In this document: in pieces, positions 18,633-26,881 of the stretch | Layout: the number at the start of each line of letters is the position of its first letter | How positions within the stretch are numbered: position 1 is the first letter of the stretch | Assembly (NCBI GenBank): GCA_013204405.1 | Contig: JABMNX010000035.1 | Coordinates: forward strand, 1-47,870 | Source: Candidatus Kaiserbacteria bacterium | Lineage (GTDB): Bacteria > Patescibacteriota > Minisyncoccia > Phycocordibacterales > JABMNX01 | Length of the DNA stretch: 47,870 nt | Reading direction: 5' to 3' | Notes under the pieces: generated by a model | The model's input: only the letters and a program-made list of their open reading frames with translations | The model's database searches: none | What the model was told of the DNA's origin: nothing | Position numbers and translations under genes: made by a program

Positions 18633-20453
18633 TTACTCGACAGTTACACTCTTAGCAAGGTTTCTAGGTCTATCAACATTATGACCCCGGTGTACACCAA
18701 TATGATATGCAAAAAGTTGCAATAGTACTGTTGTAAGGATTGGATGGATTAATTCAAGTGACTGAGGTATCTCTAGTACATCATTTGCAATTGCAGATAT
18801 TTTTTTGTCACCCTGTGTTGCAATAGCTATAACCTTCCCGTCACGAGCTCGGATTTCTTCGATATTTGAGAAAGTTTTTTCATACACAGAGTCACTAGGG
18901 ATTAGTGCGATGGTTGGAAACGATTCGTCAATCATTGCGATTGGCCCATGCTTCATTTCCCCTGCACCATATCCCTCCGCATGAATATAAGAGACCTCTT
19001 TAAGTTTAAGTGCCCCCTCTAACGCTATTGGGTAGCTGTATTTACGTCCTATGTATAAGAAATTTTTTGAGTGCGCATATTTTTTTGCAATACGTTCAAT
19101 TTTTTTATTCTGAGCAAGGACGCGTGTTATTTTCTGCGGGAGTTTGTTAATTTCATCAATAATAATTTTACCTTCTGATGATGATATATTTTTCTTTCTC
19201 CCTATATATAGAGCAATAAGTAGGAGTACTTCAAGTTGGGATAAGAATGCTTTAGTGGAAGCTACTCCGATTTCTGGTCCAGCGTGATTATATACACCAG
19301 CGTCAACTGCTCGCGCAATACTTGAACCCACAACATTAACAACACCAATAGTAAGACAACCTTTGTTGTTAGCTTCGTTAATGCAAGAGAGAGTATCTGC
19401 AGTTTCGCCCGATTGTGATATTGCAAGAACTACAGTTCCTTTATTCTGTAGAATAGTGCGATAACGATATTCCGATGCGATTTCTACTTCAGTTGGTATC
19501 CCTGCGATCTCTTCGAAATATTGCTTACCTAGCATTCCTGCATAATATGCAGAACCACAACCTACAATAACTATACGTTTGGTGTGAGTAAGCTTATCTG
19601 CAATTTCTTCAAGTCCACCAAGTTTGACATCACCAGTTTCACGTAGAGTACGCCCTCGTGCGCTATTTTTTAGTACTTCCGGCGCTTCCATGATTTCTTT
19701 TAACATGAAATGTTTGTAACCACCCTTTTTAACCTGTTCAGTGTTCCACACTACTTCTTCCGTTTTACGGTTGAGAGGTTTTAGGTTGATTGTAAAAATA
19801 TTATGTGAAGTAGGTGTGATTACTACACACTCACCATCTTTCACATAGAGCACCGTCTTTGTATGTTTCACGATTGCTGAAACATCAGAAGCTATAAAAT
19901 ATTCATCATTTCCAATACCAAGCACAATTGGGCTTCCATTTTGTGCAGCAATTATTTTTTCTGGTTCTTGGGTATTCATAACTGCAATCCCATAAGAACC
20001 TTTAATTATTTTTAGTGTGTTTACTACAGATTCCTCAAAAGTATCACCATCTTTTATTTGTTTTTCTATAAGGTGCGCAATAACTTCAGAGTCAGTTTTA
20101 GAAGAAAATACCGACCCTTGTTCTTCAAGTGCATTTTTTAAATCTATGTAGTTTTCGACAATTCCATTATGAACAACAAAAATAGAACCAGAAGGACTCG
20201 AGTGCGGGTGAGCATTTTCTTCAGAAGGTTTTCCATGGGTAGCCCATCTTGTATGAGCAATACCTGCGGTCCCACTAATCCCTTTTGGAAGTTTTTTGTA
20301 TAGATTATCTACTCCACCAATTGAACGGACGCACTGTTCTCCAGATATGTACAAACCAGCTGAATCATACCCCCTATACTCAAGAGCCTTAAGGCCGTTT
20401 ATGAGCATTTCTACCGCAGGTTTTTTCCCTATGTATCCAACAATTCCACACAT
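18633..20453 (-). CDS. glmS: glutamine--fructose-6-phosphate aminotransferase
   Basis: Canonical MCGIVGY N-terminus (start moved to this ATG), two SIS domains, C-terminal ..AKSVTVE. Confidence 0.95.
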   Translation of the reverse strand: MCGIVGYIGKKPAVEMLINGLKALEYRGYDSAGLYISGEQCVRSIGGVDNLYKKLPKGISGTAGIAHTRWATHGKPSEENAHPHSSPSGSIFVVHNGIVENYIDLKNALEEQGSVFSSKTDSEVIAHLIEKQIKDGDTFEESVVNTLKIIKGSYGIAVMNTQEPEKIIAAQNGSPIVLGIGNDEYFIASDVSAIVKHTKTVLYVKDGECVVITPTSHNIFTINLKPLNRKTEEVVWNTEQVKKGGYKHFMLKEIMEAPEVLKNSARGRTLRETGDVKLGGLEEIADKLTHTKRIVIVGCGSAYYAGMLGKQYFEEIAGIPTEVEIASEYRYRTILQNKGTVVLAISQSGETADTLSCINEANNKGCLTIGVVNVVGSSIARAVDAGVYNHAGPEIGVASTKAFLSQLEVLLLIALYIGRKKNISSSEGKIIIDEINKLPQKITRVLAQNKKIERIAKKYAHSKNFLYIGRKYSYPIALEGALKLKEVSYIHAEGYGAGEMKHGPIAMIDESFPTIALIPSDSVYEKTFSNIEEIRARDGKVIAIATQGDKKISAIANDVLEIPQSLELIHPILTTVLLQLFAYHIGVHRGHNVDRPRNLAKSVTVE

Positions 20454-20578
20454 ACATGTATTAAAACTCTTAAAAACCAACAAATGTTTCGACTTTCTTT
20501 AGAATTACACTATTTCTATCCACAAGGGGCGCTATCAGTGTTTCTACTAAATACAGTATCATATAGATAAAGAGGTCG

Positions 20579-21001
20579 ATGTTACTAAAAGACCAATTTA
20601 TTTTTAAAATCTATATGGATATAACATTATTTCTTGCACAGATTATGGGAATTTACTTCCTTGTAGCAGGTGTTGGTATACTCATGAATCCAGCACGGAT
20701 GAAGGGGGCAATGGAAGAAGCAAAGAGAAGTTACCTTCTCCCTTACTTTGACGGCGCAATTGCACTCGTCATGGGACTTCTTATTGTGCTCACCCACAAC
20801 ATGTGGGACGGATTGCTTGAGTCAGTGATTTCACTTGTTGGATGGATTGCTCTTCTTGAAGGAGTACTTATGCTTACACTTCCACAAAAGACAATTTCTG
20901 GAATGATGCAACACTTCATGGGAGCAAACCTCGGGCGTTTTATGGGAGTTGTTTCTGTAGTGGTTGGACTTTATTTTGTCTACAACGGATTTCTTCTATA
21001 A
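20579..21001 (+). CDS. small integral membrane protein, unknown function
   Basis: 140 aa, four hydrophobic helices. AGAGG lies just upstream of the ATG. Followed by a clean terminator. Confidence 0.6.
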   Translation: MLLKDQFIFKIYMDITLFLAQIMGIYFLVAGVGILMNPARMKGAMEEAKRSYLLPYFDGAIALVMGLLIVLTHNMWDGLLESVISLVGWIALLEGVLMLTLPQKTISGMMQHFMGANLGRFMGVVSVVVGLYFVYNGFLL

Positions 21002-21023
21002 GAACTCGTTAATAGTAGAATAT

Positions 21024-21054
21024 AAAAACACCTCGCGTATTGTGAGGTGTTTTT
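21024..21054 (+). terminator. intrinsic terminator
   Basis: aaaaacacctc-gcgtattgt-gaggtgttttt: 11-bp stem plus T-run. Confidence 0.8.
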
Positions 21055-21078
21055 ATGTGCATGGTATAATCAGTAACA

Positions 21079-21879
21079 ATGAAAATAATGTCATGGAATG
21101 TAAATGGAATACGGGCGGTTCACAAGAAAGGGCTGTTTGTACCATTTATAAAAAAACATAAACCTGATATTTTGTGTCTCCAAGAAACGAAGGCACAGCA
21201 AGAACAGTCCCCTATCGATTTGCCTGACTATATTGAGTATTGGAATGGAGCTAAGAAGAAAGGCTACTCTGGTACTGCAATTTTTACTAAAGAAAAGCCG
21301 ATTGCAATCGTAAATGATTTACCTGAAGACATCGCAAAGAAATATAAAATCAAAGACGACGGATACGGTAATCCGAATTCTGAAGGACGTGTGATAGCAG
21401 TTGAGTTCAAGAAGTTTTTTGTGGTGACGGTTTACACTCCTAACTCAAAAGATGACCTTTCTCGTCTTTCACTCAGACATAAGCAGTGGGACCCAGCATT
21501 TCTTGAGTACTGTAAGGAACTTGAAAAGAAAAAACCCGTCATTTTTTGTGGTGACCTTAATGTTGCACACAAGGAGCAAGACCTAGCGCACCCAAAACCA
21601 AATGAAGGTAAACACGGTTTCACAAAAGAAGAGCGCGGTGGTGCGGACAACATGACATCCAAAGGTTTTGTAGATACACTTAGGCACTTCACCCCAGAAG
21701 GAAAAGAGTACTACACGTGGTGGAGCCACTGGCAAAAAGCGCGCGAGCGAAACGTTGGCTGGCGTCTAGATTATTTTTTTGTAAGCAAAAGACTTACATC
21801 AAAACTCACCAAAGCAAGTATTCACCCAAAGGTAATGGGCTCGGACCACTGTCCAGTGAGTATTGAGATAGAATTGTGA
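21079..21879 (+). CDS. xth: exodeoxyribonuclease III (AP endonuclease)
   Basis: 266 aa. MKIMSWNVNGIRA start, LCLQETK, GDLNVAH, SDHCPV motifs of the ExoIII/EEP family. Confidence 0.9.
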   Translation: MKIMSWNVNGIRAVHKKGLFVPFIKKHKPDILCLQETKAQQEQSPIDLPDYIEYWNGAKKKGYSGTAIFTKEKPIAIVNDLPEDIAKKYKIKDDGYGNPNSEGRVIAVEFKKFFVVTVYTPNSKDDLSRLSLRHKQWDPAFLEYCKELEKKKPVIFCGDLNVAHKEQDLAHPKPNEGKHGFTKEERGGADNMTSKGFVDTLRHFTPEGKEYYTWWSHWQKARERNVGWRLDYFFVSKRLTSKLTKASIHPKVMGSDHCPVSIEIEL

Positions 21880-22090
21880 GGTCGCAGGTTTGAACTTTTG
21901 GTATACTTTTAGCTAACATGGTTATAGACATAGAATTAACTTTGAATAGGTTTGGATTTGGGAAAATATCTGAGAATAAATTTCAGTTGTTTTTCTTAAG
22001 ATTCTCTAGGTGGCACGTTCCAAACAAATGCTCCGTTTCTTTTGAAATAAATTGGCGTTTAAAAGACAAATAATTTTTAAATAGTTAAAT

Positions 22091-22396
22091 ATGATTGATG
22101 TAGAAAAAATAACAAACGAAGTAGCTTCAGAAGGAGCAATATTATTTGATGTACGAAGAGACGAAGAGTGGAATACAGGACACCCAGCTCCTGCTCAACG
22201 TTTTGAATATGAAAGATTTGAAAATGGAGAATTTCCTCAAGTACCAAAAGATACTAGGATATACCTCTGCTGTAATTCTGGTGGTCGAGCTGGTCGAGCA
22301 AAGACACTTCTTGAGGATGCAGGATTTACGAACGTAGAAAATGCACAAGGAATTGTGCAGTGGAGGGAAGCAGGAGGTGATGTGACCACTCCATAA
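22091..22396 (+). CDS. single-domain rhodanese-like sulfurtransferase
   Basis: 101 aa. Active-site loop CCNSGGRAGRA (C-X5-R). The stop lies 2 nt before the next start. Confidence 0.75.
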   Translation: MIDVEKITNEVASEGAILFDVRRDEEWNTGHPAPAQRFEYERFENGEFPQVPKDTRIYLCCNSGGRAGRAKTLLEDAGFTNVENAQGIVQWREAGGDVTTP

Positions 22397-22398
22397 CC

Positions 22399-22872
22399 AT
22401 GTCCTACACGGTGTTAAAAAGAATACTTGTCGCAATAGGGGTGGTGTACTTTTCAACTTCTTTTTTTATTACACACACAGCGACGCGTGAGATAAGCCCG
22501 TTCTTCACATGGCAGGTCTTTAAGATAGTCCCGCACAAAACTCAAAGCAGTTACTCTATCCGCATACTTGCCTACCAAGGAAATCAGCTTGAAACTCCAG
22601 TCCTTCTTGATGATGCGTGGGACGTGTACCTCAGCAGTAAGCTTTATGGTCCACCACAGTTTCAAAGACTCGTAGAAGATCTTGGAAGAAGTATGGAGCT
22701 TTCAAGTACAAAGGAGCTCTCAGAGACCTACAGAGAAAAACTCGAAGAGAGTTTCTTATCAGGTCCGGTCGTCTATGAGTTAGTGCGATATACCTTTGAT
22801 GTACTTGAGTACGCCGACACTGGTACTGTATCAAGTGAGGAACACATAGCCGTTTTTAATACAGAGAAATAG
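22399..22872 (+). CDS. N-terminally anchored hypothetical protein (possible accessory partner of the following polytopic protein)
   Basis: 157 aa, one N-terminal TM helix, soluble remainder. Tightly coupled to both neighbours (2-nt gaps). Confidence 0.6.
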   Translation: MSYTVLKRILVAIGVVYFSTSFFITHTATREISPFFTWQVFKIVPHKTQSSYSIRILAYQGNQLETPVLLDDAWDVYLSSKLYGPPQFQRLVEDLGRSMELSSTKELSETYREKLEESFLSGPVVYELVRYTFDVLEYADTGTVSSEEHIAVFNTEK

Positions 22873-22874
22873 AT

Positions 22875-23840
22875 ATGCATACCCTACGCAATGTAATACA
22901 GAGGTTTATAGGCTCTTTTTCTATAGACACCTATGCAGAAAAAATAAAACCTTTTAGACGAGCGCAGGTAATCGTACGATTTATCTATTTTGTGTATGCG
23001 TTTACCGTCTTGAATCAGCTACGGCAGTTACACGGGTATTTTTCTCAAAAAGACATCTTTACTCCTGAGTGGTCACTTGCATGGACTCACTTCTTAACTT
23101 TCGACCAGGTACTCCTTTCACTCGAGGTTCTCTTGTTATTCAGTGTTTTCATTGCACTGTTTTTCTTCACACACCGCATCGGGCGGATAGTTGTGTTTGC
23201 GTCAGTGTTTTTTCTCGATGCGTTTATGAGTTCATTTATTTTCCCTGACCACACGTGGTACATCTGGATATACGTGCTGTTCCTCCTTATCTTTTTACCT
23301 GATGTACAGAAGAAACAAGAAGCAACATGGGACGAAAAGAAAAAGTTTCTCCTTGTCTTCTTTAGTACACAAGTTGCGATACTTGCGGTCTATTCTATTG
23401 TAGGACTTGGCAAGACATCGTCTGCAATCACACAGTACCTCAACGGTGAAATTCACGGATTTTCTTTTGAAGCACTCTCGCTCCATGTCGCGTATTGGTT
23501 TTCAGTAACAAAAGAGACGGGGCTTTTGGGGTCATACATCATCACCCACCCTCTTTTTGGTTGGGTTTTCTGGGTTGGTAGTATTTACTTACAGGTATTT
23601 TCTCTCTGGGTTGCATTTCGTCCGTCACTCCACAAGCTCTGGGGGTTTGGATTACTTTTAATTCACATCGGCACACTCCTTGCGATGAATATCCTCTATC
23701 TCAGCTTCCCCGTTTTCCTTATACTTCTATTTTTCTACTCACCATTTGAGGATGACGACGAATCGCTTATGGAAAAACTTACTCACGTACCAATCTTCGG
23801 TCCCGCAGTAGCTTTCTTCTACAAAAGACTCTTTAGTTAA
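22875..23840 (+). CDS. polytopic membrane protein (HTTM/SdpB-like topology, unproven)
   Basis: 321 aa, about 8-9 hydrophobic helices and a short acidic C-terminal segment. The family assignment is a guess from topology and size only. Confidence 0.6.
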   Translation: MHTLRNVIQRFIGSFSIDTYAEKIKPFRRAQVIVRFIYFVYAFTVLNQLRQLHGYFSQKDIFTPEWSLAWTHFLTFDQVLLSLEVLLLFSVFIALFFFTHRIGRIVVFASVFFLDAFMSSFIFPDHTWYIWIYVLFLLIFLPDVQKKQEATWDEKKKFLLVFFSTQVAILAVYSIVGLGKTSSAITQYLNGEIHGFSFEALSLHVAYWFSVTKETGLLGSYIITHPLFGWVFWVGSIYLQVFSLWVAFRPSLHKLWGFGLLLIHIGTLLAMNILYLSFPVFLILLFFYSPFEDDDESLMEKLTHVPIFGPAVAFFYKRLFS

Positions 23841-23870
23841 AAGTTCGAGTCCCGTCTCCAGAGCTAGATA

Positions 23871-23899
23871 TTGACATATTCGATTGAATATGTTACTAT
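23871..23899 (+). promoter_or_regulatory. sigma70-like promoter for the 60-aa peptide gene
   Basis: TTGACA (23871-23876), 17-nt spacer, TACTAT (23894-23899). GGAGG RBS at 23926-23930. Confidence 0.5.
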
Positions 23900-23935
23900 T
23901 AATATAGAACTTAATTAGGTCTCTTGGAGGTTATC

Positions 23936-24118
23936 ATGGACCCTAACACACTTGGCTTGACTGGACTGTTACTCATGTCCATTATTATGGCTAATGGTTT
24001 CGCCATGATAATTGGTGGACCAAAAGCTGTTGGTAGGTTAAACCGATGGTTACTCAAGAAAACCAGAAACCTCATTGGAGGTATCCTGACTTGGATTGGA
24101 AAACAAATCCACTCCTAA
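23936..24118 (+). CDS. 60-aa hydrophobic/amphipathic peptide
   Basis: GGAGG 5 nt upstream of the ATG. One TM-like helix (GLTGLLLMSIIMANGFAMIIGG) followed by a basic amphipathic helix. Has its own promoter-like element. Confidence 0.55.
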   Translation: MDPNTLGLTGLLLMSIIMANGFAMIIGGPKAVGRLNRWLLKKTRNLIGGILTWIGKQIHS

Positions 24119-24246
24119 TGACCATCATCACCCAACAGAAAATCACTCTGTGTGGGTGATTTTCTTTTTATACAAACCCCAACTCCCCTATTTCATTTTT
24201 AATACGTAACCAATTAGCAGTTCTGAATTTGCCCACGAGTGGGAGG

Positions 24247-25443
24247 CTAATTAAACAAATTTAGATACTCTCCAAGACCTTCGGATTCGAGGTCTTTTTT
24301 TAGCACAAAGCGAAGTGATGCGGAGTTCATGCAGTAGCGAATCTTATCGTTTTCAATTGGTCCGTCGAGAATAATATGTCCGAGATGTGAGTCCGCATAC
24401 GTACTTCGTATTTCAGTGCGTGGAATAAAGAGCTTGTAGTCTTTGTGCTCGGTCACAAAACTATAATCAAGTGGTTTTAAGAAACTTGGCCATCCAGTGC
24501 CTGAGTCGTATTTATCAGTTGAAGAAAACAACGGTTCACCTGAAACCACATCGACGTAGACACCGTCCTCGTGGTTGTCCCAATATTCATTTTTAAACGG
24601 AGTCTCCGTCCCCTCTTTTTGTGTTACATAATACTGAAGGTCGGTGAGTGTATTTCGGAGTGTTGTTTCACTTGGTTTTTGAAACGTCATCCATGACTTT
24701 CCCATATCACCCATTCCCAGAGTATCTCCGTCGAGCATCTCGTCGTGCATATCATCCATCATTTCTTCCATAAACAAATCATCGTGCATACCGTCTCCCC
24801 ACGCTGATTGAATAAACGCATCTCGTCCAGAACCTGTTCTGTAGTATTGGTACTGCCGTGGGTTTTTCTTGTAGTAGTCTTGATGATAGTCTTCTGCAAT
24901 CCAGAATGTTCTTGCGGGCTCAACACTGGTGACAATAGGTTTTTCAAATACACCAAGCGCATCAACTTCCACAACTACTGCTTCAGCGATACTCTTCTCT
25001 TCTTCAGTTTGGTAGTAGAGCGCAGAAGTATATTGGTGTCCTCGGTCATAGAATGAGCCTCCGTCGTCTGTTGGGTCGGTGTGTTTCAGTAGGTCGAGCG
25101 CGAGTCTTCGGTAGCTCACTTCGTTCGGATTGTAAGTAACCTTCACCACTTCTCGATGACCGCTTCCGCCACCTGATACTTGCACATAGCTTGGACTGTC
25201 GACATCTCCTCCCATGTATCCTGAGACTGCACTCGCAACACCTCCGAGTTTTTCAAAGTCACTTTCAGTACACCAAAAACATCCGCCTGCAAAATATGCG
25301 ACTGCTTCCCCTGCCATAACTTCAGACATGTCTTCTTCACTTGGTGATACTTTCCCTTGGTACCATCCAAAGCTCCAGACAAGAATTGGAATCAGTGCAA
25401 CAAGGATAACTGCTAGGAAAATGTTTTTTGGTGAGTAGTTCAT
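24247..25443 (-). CDS. msrAB: membrane-anchored bifunctional methionine sulfoxide reductase MsrA-MsrB
   Basis: N-terminal TM helix, MsrA motif GGCFWC, MsrB C-terminal [11 protein letters not shown]. Start set to the ATG (MNYSPK..) rather than the upstream GTG that lies inside the palindrome. Confidence 0.9.
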   Translation of the reverse strand: MNYSPKNIFLAVILVALIPILVWSFGWYQGKVSPSEEDMSEVMAGEAVAYFAGGCFWCTESDFEKLGGVASAVSGYMGGDVDSPSYVQVSGGGSGHREVVKVTYNPNEVSYRRLALDLLKHTDPTDDGGSFYDRGHQYTSALYYQTEEEKSIAEAVVVEVDALGVFEKPIVTSVEPARTFWIAEDYHQDYYKKNPRQYQYYRTGSGRDAFIQSAWGDGMHDDLFMEEMMDDMHDEMLDGDTLGMGDMGKSWMTFQKPSETTLRNTLTDLQYYVTQKEGTETPFKNEYWDNHEDGVYVDVVSGEPLFSSTDKYDSGTGWPSFLKPLDYSFVTEHKDYKLFIPRTEIRSTYADSHLGHIILDGPIENDKIRYCMNSASLRFVLKKDLESEGLGEYLNLFN

Positions 25444-25450
25444 AAGTCCT

Positions 25451-25479
25451 ATTGTAAGAAGTCCACATTCTAATGTCAA
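25451..25479 (-). promoter_or_regulatory. promoter for msrAB (leaderless geometry)
   Basis: On the minus strand: TTGACA (25479-25474), 17 nt, TACAAT (25456-25451), then 7 nt to the ATG at 25443. Confidence 0.55.
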
Positions 25480-25498
25480 GTGCACTTGACATTAGAAT
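25467..25498. repeat. 32-bp perfect palindrome spanning both -35 boxes
   Basis: attctaatgtcaagtg/cacttgacattagaat, exact inverted repeat centred on GTGCAC. Confidence 0.95.
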
Positions 25499-25515
25499 AC
25501 CCAGTGCGATACAAT
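25486..25515 (+). promoter_or_regulatory. promoter for the MerT-like gene (leaderless geometry)
   Basis: TTGACA (25486-25491), 18 nt, TACAAT (25510-25515), then 7 nt to the ATG at 25523. No SD sequence. Confidence 0.55.
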
Positions 25516-25522
25516 TATCACT

Positions 25523-25900
25523 ATGAAAATAAAAGAACTTCTTAAAATTACTGGTCTTCCTGTGGTAGTCGCATCGCTGTGTTGTTTAAGTCCACTTATA
25601 CTGGTATTTCTAGGACTTTCGACAATTAGTTTTGCAAGTTCGCTTTCAGATACATTTTACGGTGAGTATAAATGGGTGTTTCGTGGAGTTGGCCTTCTAT
25701 TCCTTATTGCAACAACGGCATTTTATTTTTGGAGGGAGAAGGGCATTTGCACACTTGATGAAGCAAAAAAACGCCGCAAAGAGATTATTAATACAACCCT
25801 TTTAGTACTTATAGTTGGTATTGTAGGGTACGTATTCTTCTTATACGTTGTTGTTCATTACGTAGGAGTCTTTACTGGAGTCTGGAAGGATTATTTCTAG
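25523..25900 (+). CDS. MerT-like three-helix membrane protein with CC motif
   Basis: 125 aa. TM1 carries ASLCCLSPLILVFLG (compare the MerT CCxxPL motif). A second hydrophobic helix is followed by W-R-E-K-G-I-C in the loop, then a third helix. Confidence 0.6.
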   Translation: MKIKELLKITGLPVVVASLCCLSPLILVFLGLSTISFASSLSDTFYGEYKWVFRGVGLLFLIATTAFYFWREKGICTLDEAKKRRKEIINTTLLVLIVGIVGYVFFLYVVVHYVGVFTGVWKDYF

Positions 25901-25921
25901 GGAGTGTTTTATAAAAGACAT

Positions 25922-25930
25922 TTATCCACA
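25922..25930 (+). promoter_or_regulatory. perfect DnaA-box 9-mer (isolated)
   Basis: TTATCCACA exact match. Its significance when isolated is uncertain. Confidence 0.3.
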
Positions 25931-25933
25931 CCT

Positions 25934-25962
25934 ATGTCCTTTACGTTATCTGTAAAGGACAT
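25934..25962. terminator. hairpin built from the ATGTCCTTTA inverted repeat, downstream of the MerT-like gene
   Basis: atgtcctttac-gttatct-gtaaaggacat: 11-bp perfect stem, no clear T-run. Confidence 0.5.
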
Positions 25963-26297
25963 ATACTGTTAATAGTACTGAGTGTCATGTCCCGTGAAAG
26001 TAATGAGTTTATCTTTACTGGACATGATGTTCAGTGAAAATAAGTTCTTTTCAGGTCTTTCAGAGAGGTTTCGTAGACATTTCTTAGTCACAAAAACCTT
26101 GTGAGCAATCCATATTATTTTTGCTATTAAATTTTAACGCACTTGTGCGTATTGGAAAAAAGGTATTATGTCACTCACATGAGTTCTTTCAATTAAGATG
26201 TGTTCACGCACAAAGTCGCTTTATTGCTTATTTCGGTATTTTTGCCCATCTCCATTCCGAATTTGCGAGAAAGCGGCTTTATTTTATTTTATAAAAC

Positions 26298-26326
26298 TTG
26301 ACGTATACTGATTTTTAATTTATAAT
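26298..26326 (+). promoter_or_regulatory. near-consensus promoter upstream of the Nudix gene
   Basis: TTGACG, 17 nt, TATAAT. About 55 nt upstream of the GTG start. Confidence 0.55.
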
Positions 26327-26380
26327 TTACAAAGAGAATGGATATAGGTCAACTAACTCAACTAACTATAGGAGAGTGCC

Positions 26381-26827
26381 GTGTTCACACATAAAGTTTG
26401 TAGTAATGGAATTGCCGCTGTTGTTATTGCCATCGGTCGGGACGGGGTCGCTCTTGTAAAAGATCCTTTATGGGAGACTCCACAGTGGAAGTTCCCTGGA
26501 GGTAAGGGTGTGGGAAATGAGTCACCTCTTGATGTCGCTGTTCGGAAACTCCGCGAAGAAACAGGAGTTGTTCCGGAGCCTGTAGAGCTCATTCATATCC
26601 TTGAAAAGAAACGATTTGAAGGAAGTGAAAATGAGCATATGTTTCATGTCTTCGGGTTCAAGACCGGTCTTTATCTCGGCGAATGTGCTGTTGGGTTCGA
26701 AGTCTGGAGAACTAAAGGTGTTGAGCTTGTAAAGCTTGTAAGCCGCCGTTTTCTTGAAACGTCCATTGAAGTCCCAAATCACAAGGCTCTGTTTCGAGAT
26801 TGTAACATTCGGTCGTTCTTGGAATAA
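26381..26827 (+). CDS. Nudix hydrolase
   Basis: 148 aa. Nudix box GGKGVGNESPLDVAVRKLREETGV. GTG start preceded by AGGAG. Confidence 0.75.
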   Translation: MFTHKVCSNGIAAVVIAIGRDGVALVKDPLWETPQWKFPGGKGVGNESPLDVAVRKLREETGVVPEPVELIHILEKKRFEGSENEHMFHVFGFKTGLYLGECAVGFEVWRTKGVELVKLVSRRFLETSIEVPNHKALFRDCNIRSFLE

Positions 26828-26881
26828 GTGGGATAAAAGCCACGTTGAAACCAAATTTGGTTTCAACGTGGCTTTTTCACT

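Noticed and set aside
20454-20578. glmS ribozyme upstream of glmS
   Set aside because: Only ~125 nt are available, and none of the conserved glmS ribozyme core sequences or pseudoknot pairings are visible.
21918-22073. 51-aa ORF in the xth-rhodanese gap
   Set aside because: It has no RBS, no hydrophobic or other recognisable pattern, and is below the track threshold. It could be a gene remnant, but nothing supports annotation.
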